Positions 1 through 11,307 of a stretch of DNA of 57,868 nt are shown here, in pieces. The notes beneath the pieces were generated by a model that was not told where the DNA came from, ran no database searches, and saw only the letters and a list, made by a program, of their open reading frames with translations. A program made the translations under genes and the position numbers. This DNA is from Octopus bimaculoides (taxonomy: Eukaryota). Position 1 is the stretch's first letter, and every line of letters begins with the position of its first letter. The stretch lies in the NCBI RefSeq assembly GCF_001194135.2, contig NC_068988.1:24258238-24316105 (forward strand), read 5' to 3'.

Positions 1-37
<37 letters not shown>

Positions 38-838
38 CACATAGTGTGCATGTGCACACTTACACATTTAAGTTTACCTGTACACTTACGTACATGAAAA
101 TTCTTTTAATTATACGCATACAAACACACATGCACACGCACACACACACCTACGTATATACTTGTATAAATCTGTTTGCGTGCGTGTATGTATAACTTTA
201 CGTACGCATTTGTGTGTATGTGTTTTTTTTTTTTGTTTTAAAGTTTTGTCGAAAAACTACTTTGATTAATCATTGGCCAACATTTATGGAGTGACATTCC
301 CATAGGCACTGCACATCCAACAAGGAAAATATGCGTGACAATGAGACTAGATATTCTAATCGTTTATATTATTTTATTTTATCTATTTACATTATATTTT
401 TTTATATTTATACATTTTATAAATTTTTATTCATCTTGCGCAAGATATTTTTTTCTCTTAATTTTTATCACTATATTATTTCCTGTTTATTTATTTATTT
501 ATTTATTTATTTTTTCTTATCATTTATTTTACATTTGATAGACTGTATATATTTAAGCTGGAGTTGATTAATCACGTAGAGTTACATTTGTCACAAACAG
601 AAGGAATTGCAATCAAAATCTTGTTGCTTCTCAGACCGTTAACAAAAAAAAAAATATATAGATATAAAAATCTAAAATAAAAAAAATAAAAATAACAAAA
701 GCAACAATATTTTGACAATTATGAGCAGTATATAAACCGCAGAGGTCCAATGGTAGGAATTATGCAGAAATATGGCTAAAAGCCTGAAAGCGTTATACAA
801 TAGTAGAATACTAGTGGAGACGGTAAGTTGGTTTATTT

Positions 839-839
839 A

Positions 840-913
<74 letters not shown>

Positions 914-914
914 T
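839..914. repeat. (AAT)n microsatellite
   Basis: Direct reading of about 25 AAT units. Confidence 0.97.
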
Positions 915-1184
915 AATTGTAATCGACAATAACAATAAAGTTTTAGAAAATATTGAAGTAATATTCAATACAAAACAATTTCAGATTAATGTGAAAGTTT
1001 CCTTTTCAAACTTTCTCGAAATTAATGGCGTCTTTAAAAATGTCTGAAATGATTATGACAAATATCATATTCTACTTTTAATGGCTTCACATTCATTGCG
1101 TAAACAAATAAGCTGGGTATACAAAGAAATGATACTCGAATTCGTTTTAATTACATGCAAGTCGATAAAATCGATACGTTCTAG

Positions 1185-1305
1185 GATGATGAGGATGATG
1201 CTGATTATGATGATGATGATGAGGGGGATGAGGAAGGGGATGGAGATGAAGATGATAAAGATGATGGTGATGATGATGATGACTATGCAAATGATGATGA
1301 TAAAA
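1185..1305. repeat. Degenerate (GAT)n microsatellite
   Basis: Interrupted GAT/GAG repeats; source of the spurious poly-Met ORF 1081-1314. Confidence 0.9.
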
Positions 1306-1357
1306 AGAATATAAAATAATATAAAAATAATAACAAAAACAACTACAATAATATTAA

Positions 1358-1401
<44 letters not shown>

Positions 1402-1421
1402 TAATAATAATAATAATAATG

Positions 1422-1481
<60 letters not shown>

Positions 1482-1482
1482 T

Positions 1483-1521
<39 letters not shown>

Positions 1522-1538
1522 CAGTAGTAGTAGTAGTA
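1358..1538. repeat. Compound (AAT)n-(TAG)n microsatellite, probably the tail of the adjacent minus-strand SINE
   Basis: AAT run 1358-1481 switches to TAG run 1482-1538, which abuts the SINE 3' end at 1542. Confidence 0.95.
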
Positions 1539-1541
1539 ACC

Positions 1542-1668
1542 CTTTCTACTATAGGCACAAAGTCTAAATTTTGCGGAAGGGGAGTAAGTCGATTATATCG
1601 ACTCCAGTACTCAACTGCTACTTATTTCATCAACCCTGAAAGTATGAAAGGCAAAGTCAGCCTCGGTG
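1542..1668 (-). mobile_element. SINE family A, 5'-truncated copy
   Basis: Reverse complement aligns with the body and tail of the near-intact copy at 38071 (gcctttcatcctttcggggtcgat...agtac...tggggtcgat...tgtgcctatagtagaaag). Confidence 0.85.
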
Positions 1669-1757
1669 GAATAAGTACCAATTGCGTACTGGGGTCGATC
1701 TAATCGACTGGCCCCCTCCCCCAAAAATGTTGGGCTTTGTCCCTAGAGTACAAAAGA
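1669..1757 (+). mobile_element. SINE family A, 3' half (inverted relative to 1542-1668)
   Basis: ataagtaccaattgcgtactggggtcgatctaatcgactggccccctcccccaaaaat matches the 3' halves of copies at 2868 and 32545. Confidence 0.85.
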
Positions 1758-2154
1758 TTCTATGAGAGTTACTATTTTTGCCAATATATTTTTCACACAA
1801 TTTTCAACGCCTTGAAATCCGCATCAACCAACCTAAAAGAGCTGTTCTATTAACCACAATATTACTTCCACCAAACTTTAAATGAATTTAGAAGTTATTG
1901 TTTCTCTTCGACCTGCTCAGAATAACAACGAAATCACTTGTCTTCTAAAGAGAGCAATACAATTCAAGATATGCCGTGCACAACAAAGTGATGGATATTC
2001 CTAGACAGAACACATTTCTCATTCGAGACTGAGAATAAGCTAAATAATAATTTCATGATGAACAAAATAGATCTTACCATTATTTTGGAACTCTGCTTTC
2101 ACTTATGTCTGTGTCTCCAACAAAGTTCTTTGAATACCTCATTTATACACTCTT

Positions 2155-2865
2155 CTTTATTTCATTACATTTGCCGTAAAGGCATAAAACAGATGAAGCT
2201 TTGCGGGCTGGACACAGACACAACGATGATGGAATGAAAAAGGACATGGTTGGTGGCGGAAGCAGCCAACGCACGCCGATTGTTACTTCCCGATAACATT
2301 GTTCTTTTAAAAAAAAATACAAATGAGGTGTTGAACATCTTACAATAATTACAAATTGAGGCGCTAAGCTTCTTACCAATCAAAAAAGTTCAGAAAATAT
2401 TTAGCCTGAGGTGTTACGCCTCTTATCAATCGCCAAGTTCGAATCGAGGCGCTAAGAGCTCTTACTCTGTTCCCCAATTAAGTTCCCTGCCGCCTGCAGG
2501 CAAGCCTGCAGTCGCAAGCCGGGGTCCCATAACAGATAATTATATTTTTCCTTAGTAAAGGAATCCATCACCCTGTAGAAATAATTTTCCTCCATGATCT
2601 CCGCGGCCACCTGCGGAAGCCAATCCGAGCTATCAATGCAAGTCAGGAACTATCAATGCAGCTTCCTCCCGCAGCTTTAGGGTCCTTCCGTGAACAACCA
2701 TTGTTGACTACCTTCTTCCTTTTTTACCACTTTCTTTCCGGGGAGGTCTCTACCCCTCGACTACCTCCATCTCTACCTCCGGAGGAGGAGGGGGCTCTTC
2801 CACAACTAACTGTTCCAGGACCTTACTCTGGTCCTGGATACAGTTCTTTTTGATGTAACTCGGTT
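2155..2865 (-). pseudogene. Decayed GC-rich coding-like relic, probably retroelement ORF1-like or of viral/Polinton origin; unidentified
   Basis: GC content well above flanks. Minus-strand frames give protein-like stretches (KVLEQLVVEEPPPPPEVEMEVVEG; DWLPQVAAEIMEENYFYRVMDSFTKEKYNYLLWDPGLRLQACLQAAGNLIGEQ) broken by stops and frameshifts. AATAAA on the minus strand near 2157-2162. Confidence 0.35.
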
Positions 2866-2867
2866 CC

Positions 2868-3079
2868 AGGCAGAAGCTAGCAGAAACGTTAGCACTTCGG
2901 GTGAAATGCCTAGCGGTATTTGATCTGTCCTTACATTGTGAGTTCAAATTCCGCCGAGGTCGATTTTGCCTTTCATCCCTTTCGGTGTCGATAAATTTAG
3001 TACCAGTTTCGTACTGGGTTTGATCTAATCGACTGGCCTCCTCCCCAAAATGTTCAGGTCTTGTGCATATAGTAGAAAG
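2868..3079 (+). mobile_element. tRNA-derived SINE family A, full length
   Basis: Head ggcagaagctagcagaaacgttagc with B-box-like GAGTTCAAATTCC; more than 10 homologous copies within the window. Confidence 0.9.
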
Positions 3080-4735
3080 AAATATGTATTGCATTCAACT
3101 CCAACTTTCCACTTCAACATCTAAAAGTTGATAAAATGAATATCTGACATGTCTTAGATTAGATTAGATTAACTTTCTACTGAGGGTGATGGGTGACCTA
3201 CTGCTTAGACTTTCGTATTTAATATATTATGCGCTCAGTTTCCGACGAGGCTAGATGTTCGTTTCAACATTCTAGTAGCAGTAAATAATAGCAAATTGTG
3301 ACGTGGGTTTAATCGACAATACTATTTCTCCAACATTTCTTGGTTGTGTGCATAATTCAGAAATTAATGTTTATTTGTGCCACTGGCTTATTTCCACAAA
3401 ATTCTAAATTCAAAATCTAAACAGATATGTAGATCAGTCTCGGTTAAATACTTTAACACCAGGACTCCAAGGAATTTGTGTTCGTTTATGTCGGTGACAA
3501 CAATCGCTGCAATGTAGATATGAAGTAAATTTCTGTCAGTTTATTTGGCTTAAGGTGTGGAAAATCCAACGTTTCGGATATTTGTGTGTAATCAAAGAGA
3601 AAATTATATATTGTAATTAAATCTGCAGACCAATGCCGAAACTGCAGAAAATGAATGTATCATTATTTTTGCAAAATAAATTTACCTTTTAAATAACGAA
3701 CGCTAGGGGAAAATTGCATATAATCAATTGTTTGAAGTAGCAGCCGCAAAACTTTGTCAATCACATCCCGCAGTTTTAAAAGAAGGTTACAATAAATAAT
3801 GTTTTCCTGGCTTGCTTCTAAGGTTAAATGATGGCCAATTGAGGAATGTATTTCACCATAAATATAGCTTGTTCATTGATGCCATGGAACAAAATATCAA
3901 CCACAACAATAACCATTTTTATCACACTATTAACTACAAAGGAGTAACGTTATTCCCAGTTGAATATATATCGTAATAATACACCAGGGTGAACTTATGT
4001 TCTGGTAACTAAATCGTGAAAAAATGTTGGAAATTTATTAAGCACGCTCAAATGACTGGAAAAAAAGAACAAGCTTTTAACAATGTTAACGAATAATTTC
4101 TCAGGAAAATTGAAATATTATCTTTCTAATATGTAATTTTAGTGCTAGCTGGGTGCCTTTTCAACACTTAGGCTCAAAGAGTTAGCGAAATTACAATAAT
4201 ACGAAGTTAACATTGAATTCAAAATCATAATTGTGAATCAATATCGGAAATTAATTTTAGAACATTGTGGGTATGTACACCTGAGCTTCAGGTAATGAAT
4301 AATGACTTCTTAAGAACCGTGTGATTAAATTATCAATAATATTTAAGACAGCATTCCTGAGATTACTTAGATAGACTATCATTTATGTAGCTAAGCAGGT
4401 GGTTTCTTAACTTCTCTGACTTCTCTGATATTCATCCAAGTACATTGGCAAGAGACAGTTAGATCTACACAGACTTATTATTGTCTAGATTGGACTCATA
4501 AATTGGATTAGAATTATAAACGTTCACGTTTTTTTTTCTTCTTTTTATTATTATTGTTCTATAGCAAAAATACGATGAGAAGACTGGCAAGATATCAAAA
4601 TATAATACCTTTTGTCTCGATATGATAGTATTTTGAAATCGATTGGTTTCTGTAAAGTTTCTGTGGATGGATATTTTCAAAAGTGAATGTACTAAGAGAA
4701 AAATATCTGACAGTCAAAACTTCGAAGATCAGACA

Positions 4736-4736
<1 letters not shown>

Positions 4737-4807
<71 letters not shown>

Positions 4808-4850
4808 CATAATAGCAATAATAATAACAATAACAGCAACAACAATGGTG
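4737..4850. repeat. (AAT)n microsatellite degenerating to AAC/AGC
   Basis: Direct reading. Confidence 0.95.
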
Positions 4851-4860
4851 ATGAAGATAA

Positions 4861-5115
4861 ATAGGAAAATACCAAGGCTTAGCAAGAGAAATGCGAAGAT
4901 ACTGGAAGATTTATGGATAAGTAGTTAGGGGCTCCGCGGTACTTCCCTTAATGAGATCGGTGTAACTACAAACATTGCCTAAAAAAACTGAAATATTCTG
5001 TATGAATAACAAGAATTGTTCAAAAGGCCTTCCATATCAAAGGAGACCAATTGTAACACGGTATCAAAGACATTGATACCAGATACAACACACTTGTATA
5101 AACCATTCAATAATA
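4861..5115 (+). mobile_element. Degenerate 3' fragment of an R4/Dong-like (REL-endonuclease) non-LTR retrotransposon
   Basis: Frame from 4861 reads IGKYQGLAREMRRYW, resembling the conserved K-x-x-KY-x-x-LA-x-E-x-x-x-x-W motif near the C-terminus of R4/Dong ORFs (recalled motif). Downstream frame is broken. Confidence 0.55.
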
Positions 5116-5118
5116 TTC

Positions 5119-5330
5119 ATTTCTACCATAGGCACAAGGCCTGAGGTTTTGGCAAACGGAGTTAATTGAATAAATCGACCCCAATGGTCAACCGATATTT
5201 ATTTGATCGACTCCGAAAGGATAGAAGGCAAAACCGACTTTTGTAGAATTTGAACTCAGAACGTAAACATGGATGAAATACCGCTAAACATTTTGTCCGT
5301 CGCACTAACGATTCTGTCAACTCACCACTT
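5119..5330 (-). mobile_element. SINE family A, full length
   Basis: Reverse complement aligns end to end with the 38071 copy. Confidence 0.9.
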
Positions 5331-5350
5331 TTATACAATTTGATGATAAT

Positions 5351-5440
5351 CTCTTTTACTATAGGCACAAGGCCTGACATTTCGAGGGATGGAGCTAGTC
5401 GATTATATTGACCCCAGTGCTCGAATGGTACTTATTTTAT
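5351..5440 (-). mobile_element. SINE family A, 3' fragment
   Basis: tactataggcacaaggcctga...gaccccagtgctcgaatggtacttatttta. Confidence 0.8.
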
Positions 5441-5612
5441 TGTTGGGGTGTTTACCTCCCCGTTGCTTACCTGATATGCAAACGGGATCGATAGAGGCAG
5501 TACCAGGCTCCAAAAATTGTACTGGGGTCGATTCGTTCAGCTAAAAGTCCTTCAAGGTGGTGCTCCAACATGGCCGCAGTCTTGTGACTGTAACAACCAG
5601 AAGACAAAAGGA
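5441..5612 (+). mobile_element. SINE family B, degenerate 3' half
   Basis: actggggtcgattcgttc...aaggtggtgctccaacatggccgcagtc matches the 3' part of the 15617 and 27941 copies. Confidence 0.7.
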
Positions 5613-6047
5613 AAATGATATTCTACTCATATTGCTTTGTCAAATTGAATTTACCATTATTTGATCTCAGAATGTATATAGGTGCAACTACGAACCAGAA
5701 TGATTAAGGGTCACTGGTTCTGCTAATTATTTGCCCTGATGTTAGCACCGATTCGACAATGATATTGGCGTACATTTTTCTTTAATTTTTCTTCTGTGAC
5801 GCGTGATGTCTTCGCTATATATAAATATTTACATATATATAGTTATACTAGCTGACCACGTGCCGTCAACAATGACGACTACTTGTAGTATTTTGTACAT
5901 AAATAAGGTAAAAATAAGGTATATAATAATCACACATACAAACAGCCCTGTACTTCCCTTGTACACGCTTATACATACACACATAATATCACACAGAGTT
6001 TCACTGAATTAAAACTTTCCCTTCTCCTCCGCGTCTGGTGTGATTCT

Positions 6048-6092
<45 letters not shown>

Positions 6093-6105
6093 TATACACA
6101 CACAC

Positions 6106-6380
6106 GCCCACCTTCATTTTGGGATCACCACTATTTTATAATCTCCCCTTCTTCCTAGCTCTCCAGTGTAACCCCTCTGTCCGGCATTCGCCATGATAGA
6201 TCGCTAGCCACTACACATTCTTAATTTTCTCCCCGTGTTTCTTTCTGTGTTTCTTTCTATGGAGGAGTGTAGGTTCGAAACGTTAAAGACTTTTTCACTT
6301 CCCGAGCGTTAAACTAATACATCTGTTTGTTGTCTACACCACCTGTCTTCGTCTTTTGGGTTTTTTTGCGAATTCTCCCC
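6106..6380 (+). mobile_element. Short Penelope-type repeat (family E) with a hammerhead-like fold at 6252-6289
   Basis: Homologous to 33673-33845. Contains UCUUU-CUAUGGA-G-GAGU(GUAG)GUUC-GAAAC-GUU-AAAGA. Flanked by (CA)n and (TA)n. Confidence 0.6.
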
Positions 6381-6484
6381 TATATACATACATATATATA
6401 TATATATAAATTAAAATTTAGAGGTAATACTTGACAATTGTAAGCACCTGTGTATGCCAGCTAGTGGTTGAGGTGAAAGAATAA

Positions 6485-7031
6485 ATTGTAAATCCAAAAA
6501 ATAACAACAAAACTACAAAGGATTCCGCGGTACACGTGTTTCAAGCTTTATATGTGTATAATTTACAATATAATTTACAATATAAAGCTATCCTCAGCCG
6601 CAAAATTATTTCCCTCGCAGGAAATTATACCACATCGGCGTTAAAGTGGGAAGAAAGGTGTGATGTAAGAGGTGAAGATCCTTTCGGTATTCTGTATAGT
6701 ACTATACCTCGTATAATTCTCCACCCACACATAATCTCTCCGTGAATCGTGGCAAGGTATGGACGGTTTTCGGAGGACCGGAGAGATTATGTGTGGGTGG
6801 AGAATTATACGAGGTATAGTACTATACAGAATACCGAAAGGATCTTCACCTCTTACATCACACCTTTCTTCCCACTTTAACGCCGATGTGGTATAATTTC
6901 CTGTGAAGGAAATAATTTTGCGGCTGAGGATAGCTTTATATTGTAAATTATATTGTAAATTATACACATATAAAGCTTGAAACACGTGTACCGCGGAATC
7001 CTTTGTAGTTTTGTTGTTATTTTTTGGATTT

Positions 7032-7036
<5 letters not shown>
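6485..7036. mobile_element. Near-perfect 552-bp fold-back (MITE/foldback-like) element: 258-bp arms, 36-nt spacer
   Basis: 6485-6742 is the reverse complement of 6779-7036 at 256/258 positions, checked block by block. The only differences are 6614/6907 and 6617/6904. Confidence 0.85.
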
Positions 7037-7073
<37 letters not shown>

Positions 7074-7552
7074 AATATATATACAAATATATAAAAGCAC
7101 TATGCTCATTATTATGTTAGGAAACTATAGATATTTAGCTTTTGGTATTACACAGTATAGCGGTTTAGCAGAGCATAAGGTAATGTAAGTGTTGTGAAGC
7201 GGTCTTTTGCTACTGTTGTATCTGTCTTTTGACGACGGTTGTCGCTCTGACAGATATTGTTATATTCCGCAGTTGTCGATAGAATGGTTCTGTCTGACAC
7301 TGTATGACCCCCCAGTCGTACAGTGTTATTATCCTCAAACGGTTGGATCGATATAACGTCCACTCATTAAAAGAGTATAATTACTATATCGGCACAGATA
7401 CCGCTATCAAAACAGTCTACACATACTCTAGACCTCCTGACATTCTTCCTGTCGACCGGCCACTGGTCTATTTATATTGGCTGGCTACTACCACTTTTTT
7501 TTTACCGGGAGGGGTGTTCAGTTGTACTATATAACAGTAAATATAAATGTAA

Positions 7553-7889
7553 AAAGGTAAATACCACATTCGGGCATGAATGATCATGTGATTGCTCCTA
7601 GAAAGTTCCCTTCTGAGGCACAAGTCCAGGCAAGGTTGTTTATGGAAGACCAACAGTTGCCGATGCGTACCAATTCCCCTCTCCACACCACCGGTGTCAT
7701 CCAAGGGACAAGCAAAGGTGGATACAGCTTGACACCAATGACGTCGCAACTCATTTCTACAGGCTGAGTGAACCGGAACAACATGGAATAAAATGTGCTG
7801 CTCAACAACACAAAGCCTGATCGGGGAATCGAACTCACTACCTCATGATTGTGATTCCCGCACCCTAACCCCCGAGTCATACGCCTTCA
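7553..7889 (-). mobile_element. tRNA-derived SINE family D, near full length
   Basis: Minus-strand head tgaaggcgtatgactcgggggttagggtgcgggaatcac...gagttcgattcccc (A and B boxes), followed by a unique body and tail. Confidence 0.8.
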
Positions 7890-8780
7890 ATGCACTGTAT
7901 AAAAGAAATTATTTTATGAATTTGTTAGAAAATTTAATCGATAGTTTGTTGGTTTGGACGACGAGTTATTGGACAATATTCTCAATGAACTGTTATACAA
8001 ATGGCTGGGTATTCCACAGGCCTAATAATTTTTAACATAATCCTAATGAGAATCAGCGCGACAATGTATGTACGCAACAGAATTTGACACTTTAACATTT
8101 TGGAATGTGTTGTTCGAAAGACCAACACACAGGTCCTCCCTGTCTCCTTTCGCCTACACACACGAAAGTATCTGCTCACTAAAATATATAAACTTTCCTG
8201 TCACGATCCACACCACAACATATATTGACGCAAAGATTTTTTCAACTCCAACTATACGCCTTTATATAACAATGTATATTTCAGGCTCTAACACTAATGT
8301 ATACGCAAAATGAAATTCACAAAAAATTGATTTATTGATTTGTGTGAAAAGCGTAAATTAGAAATCATTTCTCTTGATTTATAACTGTAACTTTAACATA
8401 TTTTCTCTTGTCTAGCAAGACTAGTTTCTGAATTTCCGCAACACACAGAAGCACAGATCATATGTGTGAGCAGCATATAGAGGTGCAAGCCATACATACG
8501 AACATACTTGCACATAGACACATATAATTTAACAAAGATACAAAGTTTCACATATTACATAATCATGTCCATTCAAATATATATCCGTTTATCCATTTAT
8601 CTGTCTATCTATTTATCTTTCCATCTGTTTCTGTCTCTCACAGGAAACACACACCACAAACACACTACACACACACAAACACGCGCGCGTAGACACACAC
8701 ACGCGCGTACACACATATATATAGATAGATATGTGTGTGTGTATGCATATACATATGCGTGTATATATGTATATATAAAG

Positions 8781-8830
<50 letters not shown>

Positions 8831-9239
8831 TTGCTTGTATGTGTCGCCATGTGTGCGCATCTTTTTATTTGTGTTTGCCTCTTACTGCATCACAACCGGT
8901 GATGTACACAGCAGTGCGCCACAGTCTGCGCCAGAATAAAGCTAATGTTCAAGACGAATAGTGTGGTCGATTGATCTAATGAGTTCACCAGAAAGGAAAA
9001 CAAGAATAAGTTATTTTGCATATCAGGTGATGCTTCTTACTCCGTGTTATCTTTGTGAAGGCATGATTTTCAAATGCAGGTTTTTCAATGATCTGAACGT
9101 TAGAGTACGCTTTAGCGGGCGCGATTTCGTTTGAATATACGCCAAAAGCGGGCGGTTAAATGGTATTATGTTTGGGATTGGAAAATATCGCTGTTTTTCC
9201 CAGTTAGCAAACCGTAATCACAAAAGCAACTAGCTGTCT

Positions 9240-10330
9240 ACTTTTCCGTCTTCTGATAGTCAAACGAAATCATGGATTCAAAGGGTTTATAACAACAGCG
9301 TTCCAGCAAAATCTTTAACAGTTTAACTATTCTCATTCCATTTACTCTGGGTAATGCAACATGTCGTTTTACTTAATAATTCCTTTCCCACAATCTTGAA
9401 GAAATTTCTTTTAAATCGAAATCCAGTTATTGCTGAAATACAATATTCCCTTAATACTACAGTCAAACTTTCTCGGTCCCCTAAATTATTCTTAACTCTA
9501 GAAGTCTCTGGCACTGTATTGTCTAATTTTCCAGCCTTTGAACTTCAAGACTTTCTTCTTGATTAGGGGATTGTTTTCTATTCCAGTCTCTTCACATCCA
9601 ATAATTTATTTCTCTCACAAACTGACATTATGTGTTTCTTGCACCACGCCAAACCTTGAGATTTGTATCACAAAACCTGAGAAAACCAGACAATTAAGAT
9701 CTATTCATGGATGTCGGCCTCATTGGGGAGCAACAGAACATTTAAGTGTTTTGCGTCAATTTTCCAGCCCTTGTCATTGCAAGTGGAACCACTTCAACTT
9801 GCAGAAGCGCTCACAAAGTTTTAGTATCATACAAGTTAATTTCCTTGCTTTGTGTGTCCTCTGCTGCCAAGCCGATCTCATCATCACACTTGTCGAGAAG
9901 GATGAAGCTGTGGTTGTTTTACAAACACGCGTTAGACCATGACAATTCCGCATTCTCTCTCCCCAACATTCCAGACTCATAGATTTGAAAAGCAAAATCA
10001 CTTGTTCTCCATGGATAACGAACTCGTTTCTTCATCTCTCCTTTGCCAAAAATAATGTTCACTCTCATCTCAAACTTCCTCGTCAATAACCGCTTTACAA
10101 TTCTCCTGAGATTACAATTTTTCACAAATCTCTTGTACAAACATCTAAAACTCATAACAAACACTTCAAGGAACTTCCCTCTCATCCCATATAGCTTAAT
10201 GACCCGAGACCCTCTCTCTTCACTTTCTGTCATTCAGGTTCTACCAATGTCAGCATGGCAATGGAGAAATCTGCAGAGAATACTCCTACTTTTTTCGTTT
10301 CTTTTTCAACGTATTTCCTTCATTGTAACA
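9240..10330 (-). pseudogene. Old degenerate coding-like island, probable LINE relic; family not identified
   Basis: Purine-rich minus strand with protein-like fragments across frames (CNDKGWKIDAKHLNVLLLPNEADIHE; FGVVQETH; KKVLKFKGWKI) and many stops. QETH resembles the APE-endonuclease motif, but motif spacing is atypical. Confidence 0.3.
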
Positions 10331-10443
10331 ATTACAATTTTAATTGCGTATCAAATTAATGATTACGCTTTCTTATCAATTTGTCTTCTCTTTTTCTGAA
10401 CGAGTGTGTGTGTGTGCGCGCGCATGTATACATACTTACATGT

Positions 10444-10505
<62 letters not shown>

Positions 10506-11275
10506 ATATGTATGTATACATGTAAACTATGTGTAAAGAAACAAAATATCCACTACTGCAAGCTTTAGGCTCTACTGAAACACACCATGCAGTAAGGCGA
10601 AAAGCACATGCGGCATACAACCGAGTTCAGTTAATAGGCTACATATATTTGCATATGTATATAAAGTTGCACATACAGGAGATTCAGTTAAAGCTAAGCT
10701 TGCATTCATTTATAGAAAAATAATGTACATATACATGCAAGCGAATATAGGCAGATAAACAAACGTATATATACAAATAGTTGTTACATCCACAAATCTT
10801 TTTACTTCGCCATGTAATTGCTTTATCTACACACACATGTATTCATGCATGCATATATATATAGACACACATGCGCGATTTTCGTAAGAACGTAGAGAAA
10901 AAAAGCATTCATTACACGATATAGAGTATACGTATATTTATACGTTTGTGCCTCATGCTCTCTCTCTCTCTATCTGTCTCTCTTTCTTTTTTGTTTCTGT
11001 CTCTCTTTATCTTTCTATACATGTACATATATATATATATATATATATGAATGTCTGTATATATATATATATATGTATATGCATATGTATGCATNNNNNN
11101 NNNNNNNNNNNNNNNNNNNNNNNNNNNNNNNNNNNNNNNNNNNNNNNNNNNNTATATATATATATATACAAATATGTACATGCATCAACCACTCTAAGCA
11201 TAATAAATACATGCATTCATGCATACATACATACATACATACGCACACATACATACATAATACATACATAATACA

Positions 11276-11307
<32 letters not shown>

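Noticed and set aside
6536-7072. Two near-identical ORFs on opposite strands (MFQALYVYNLQ...)
   Set aside because: They are a by-product of the palindrome and carry no coding signal.
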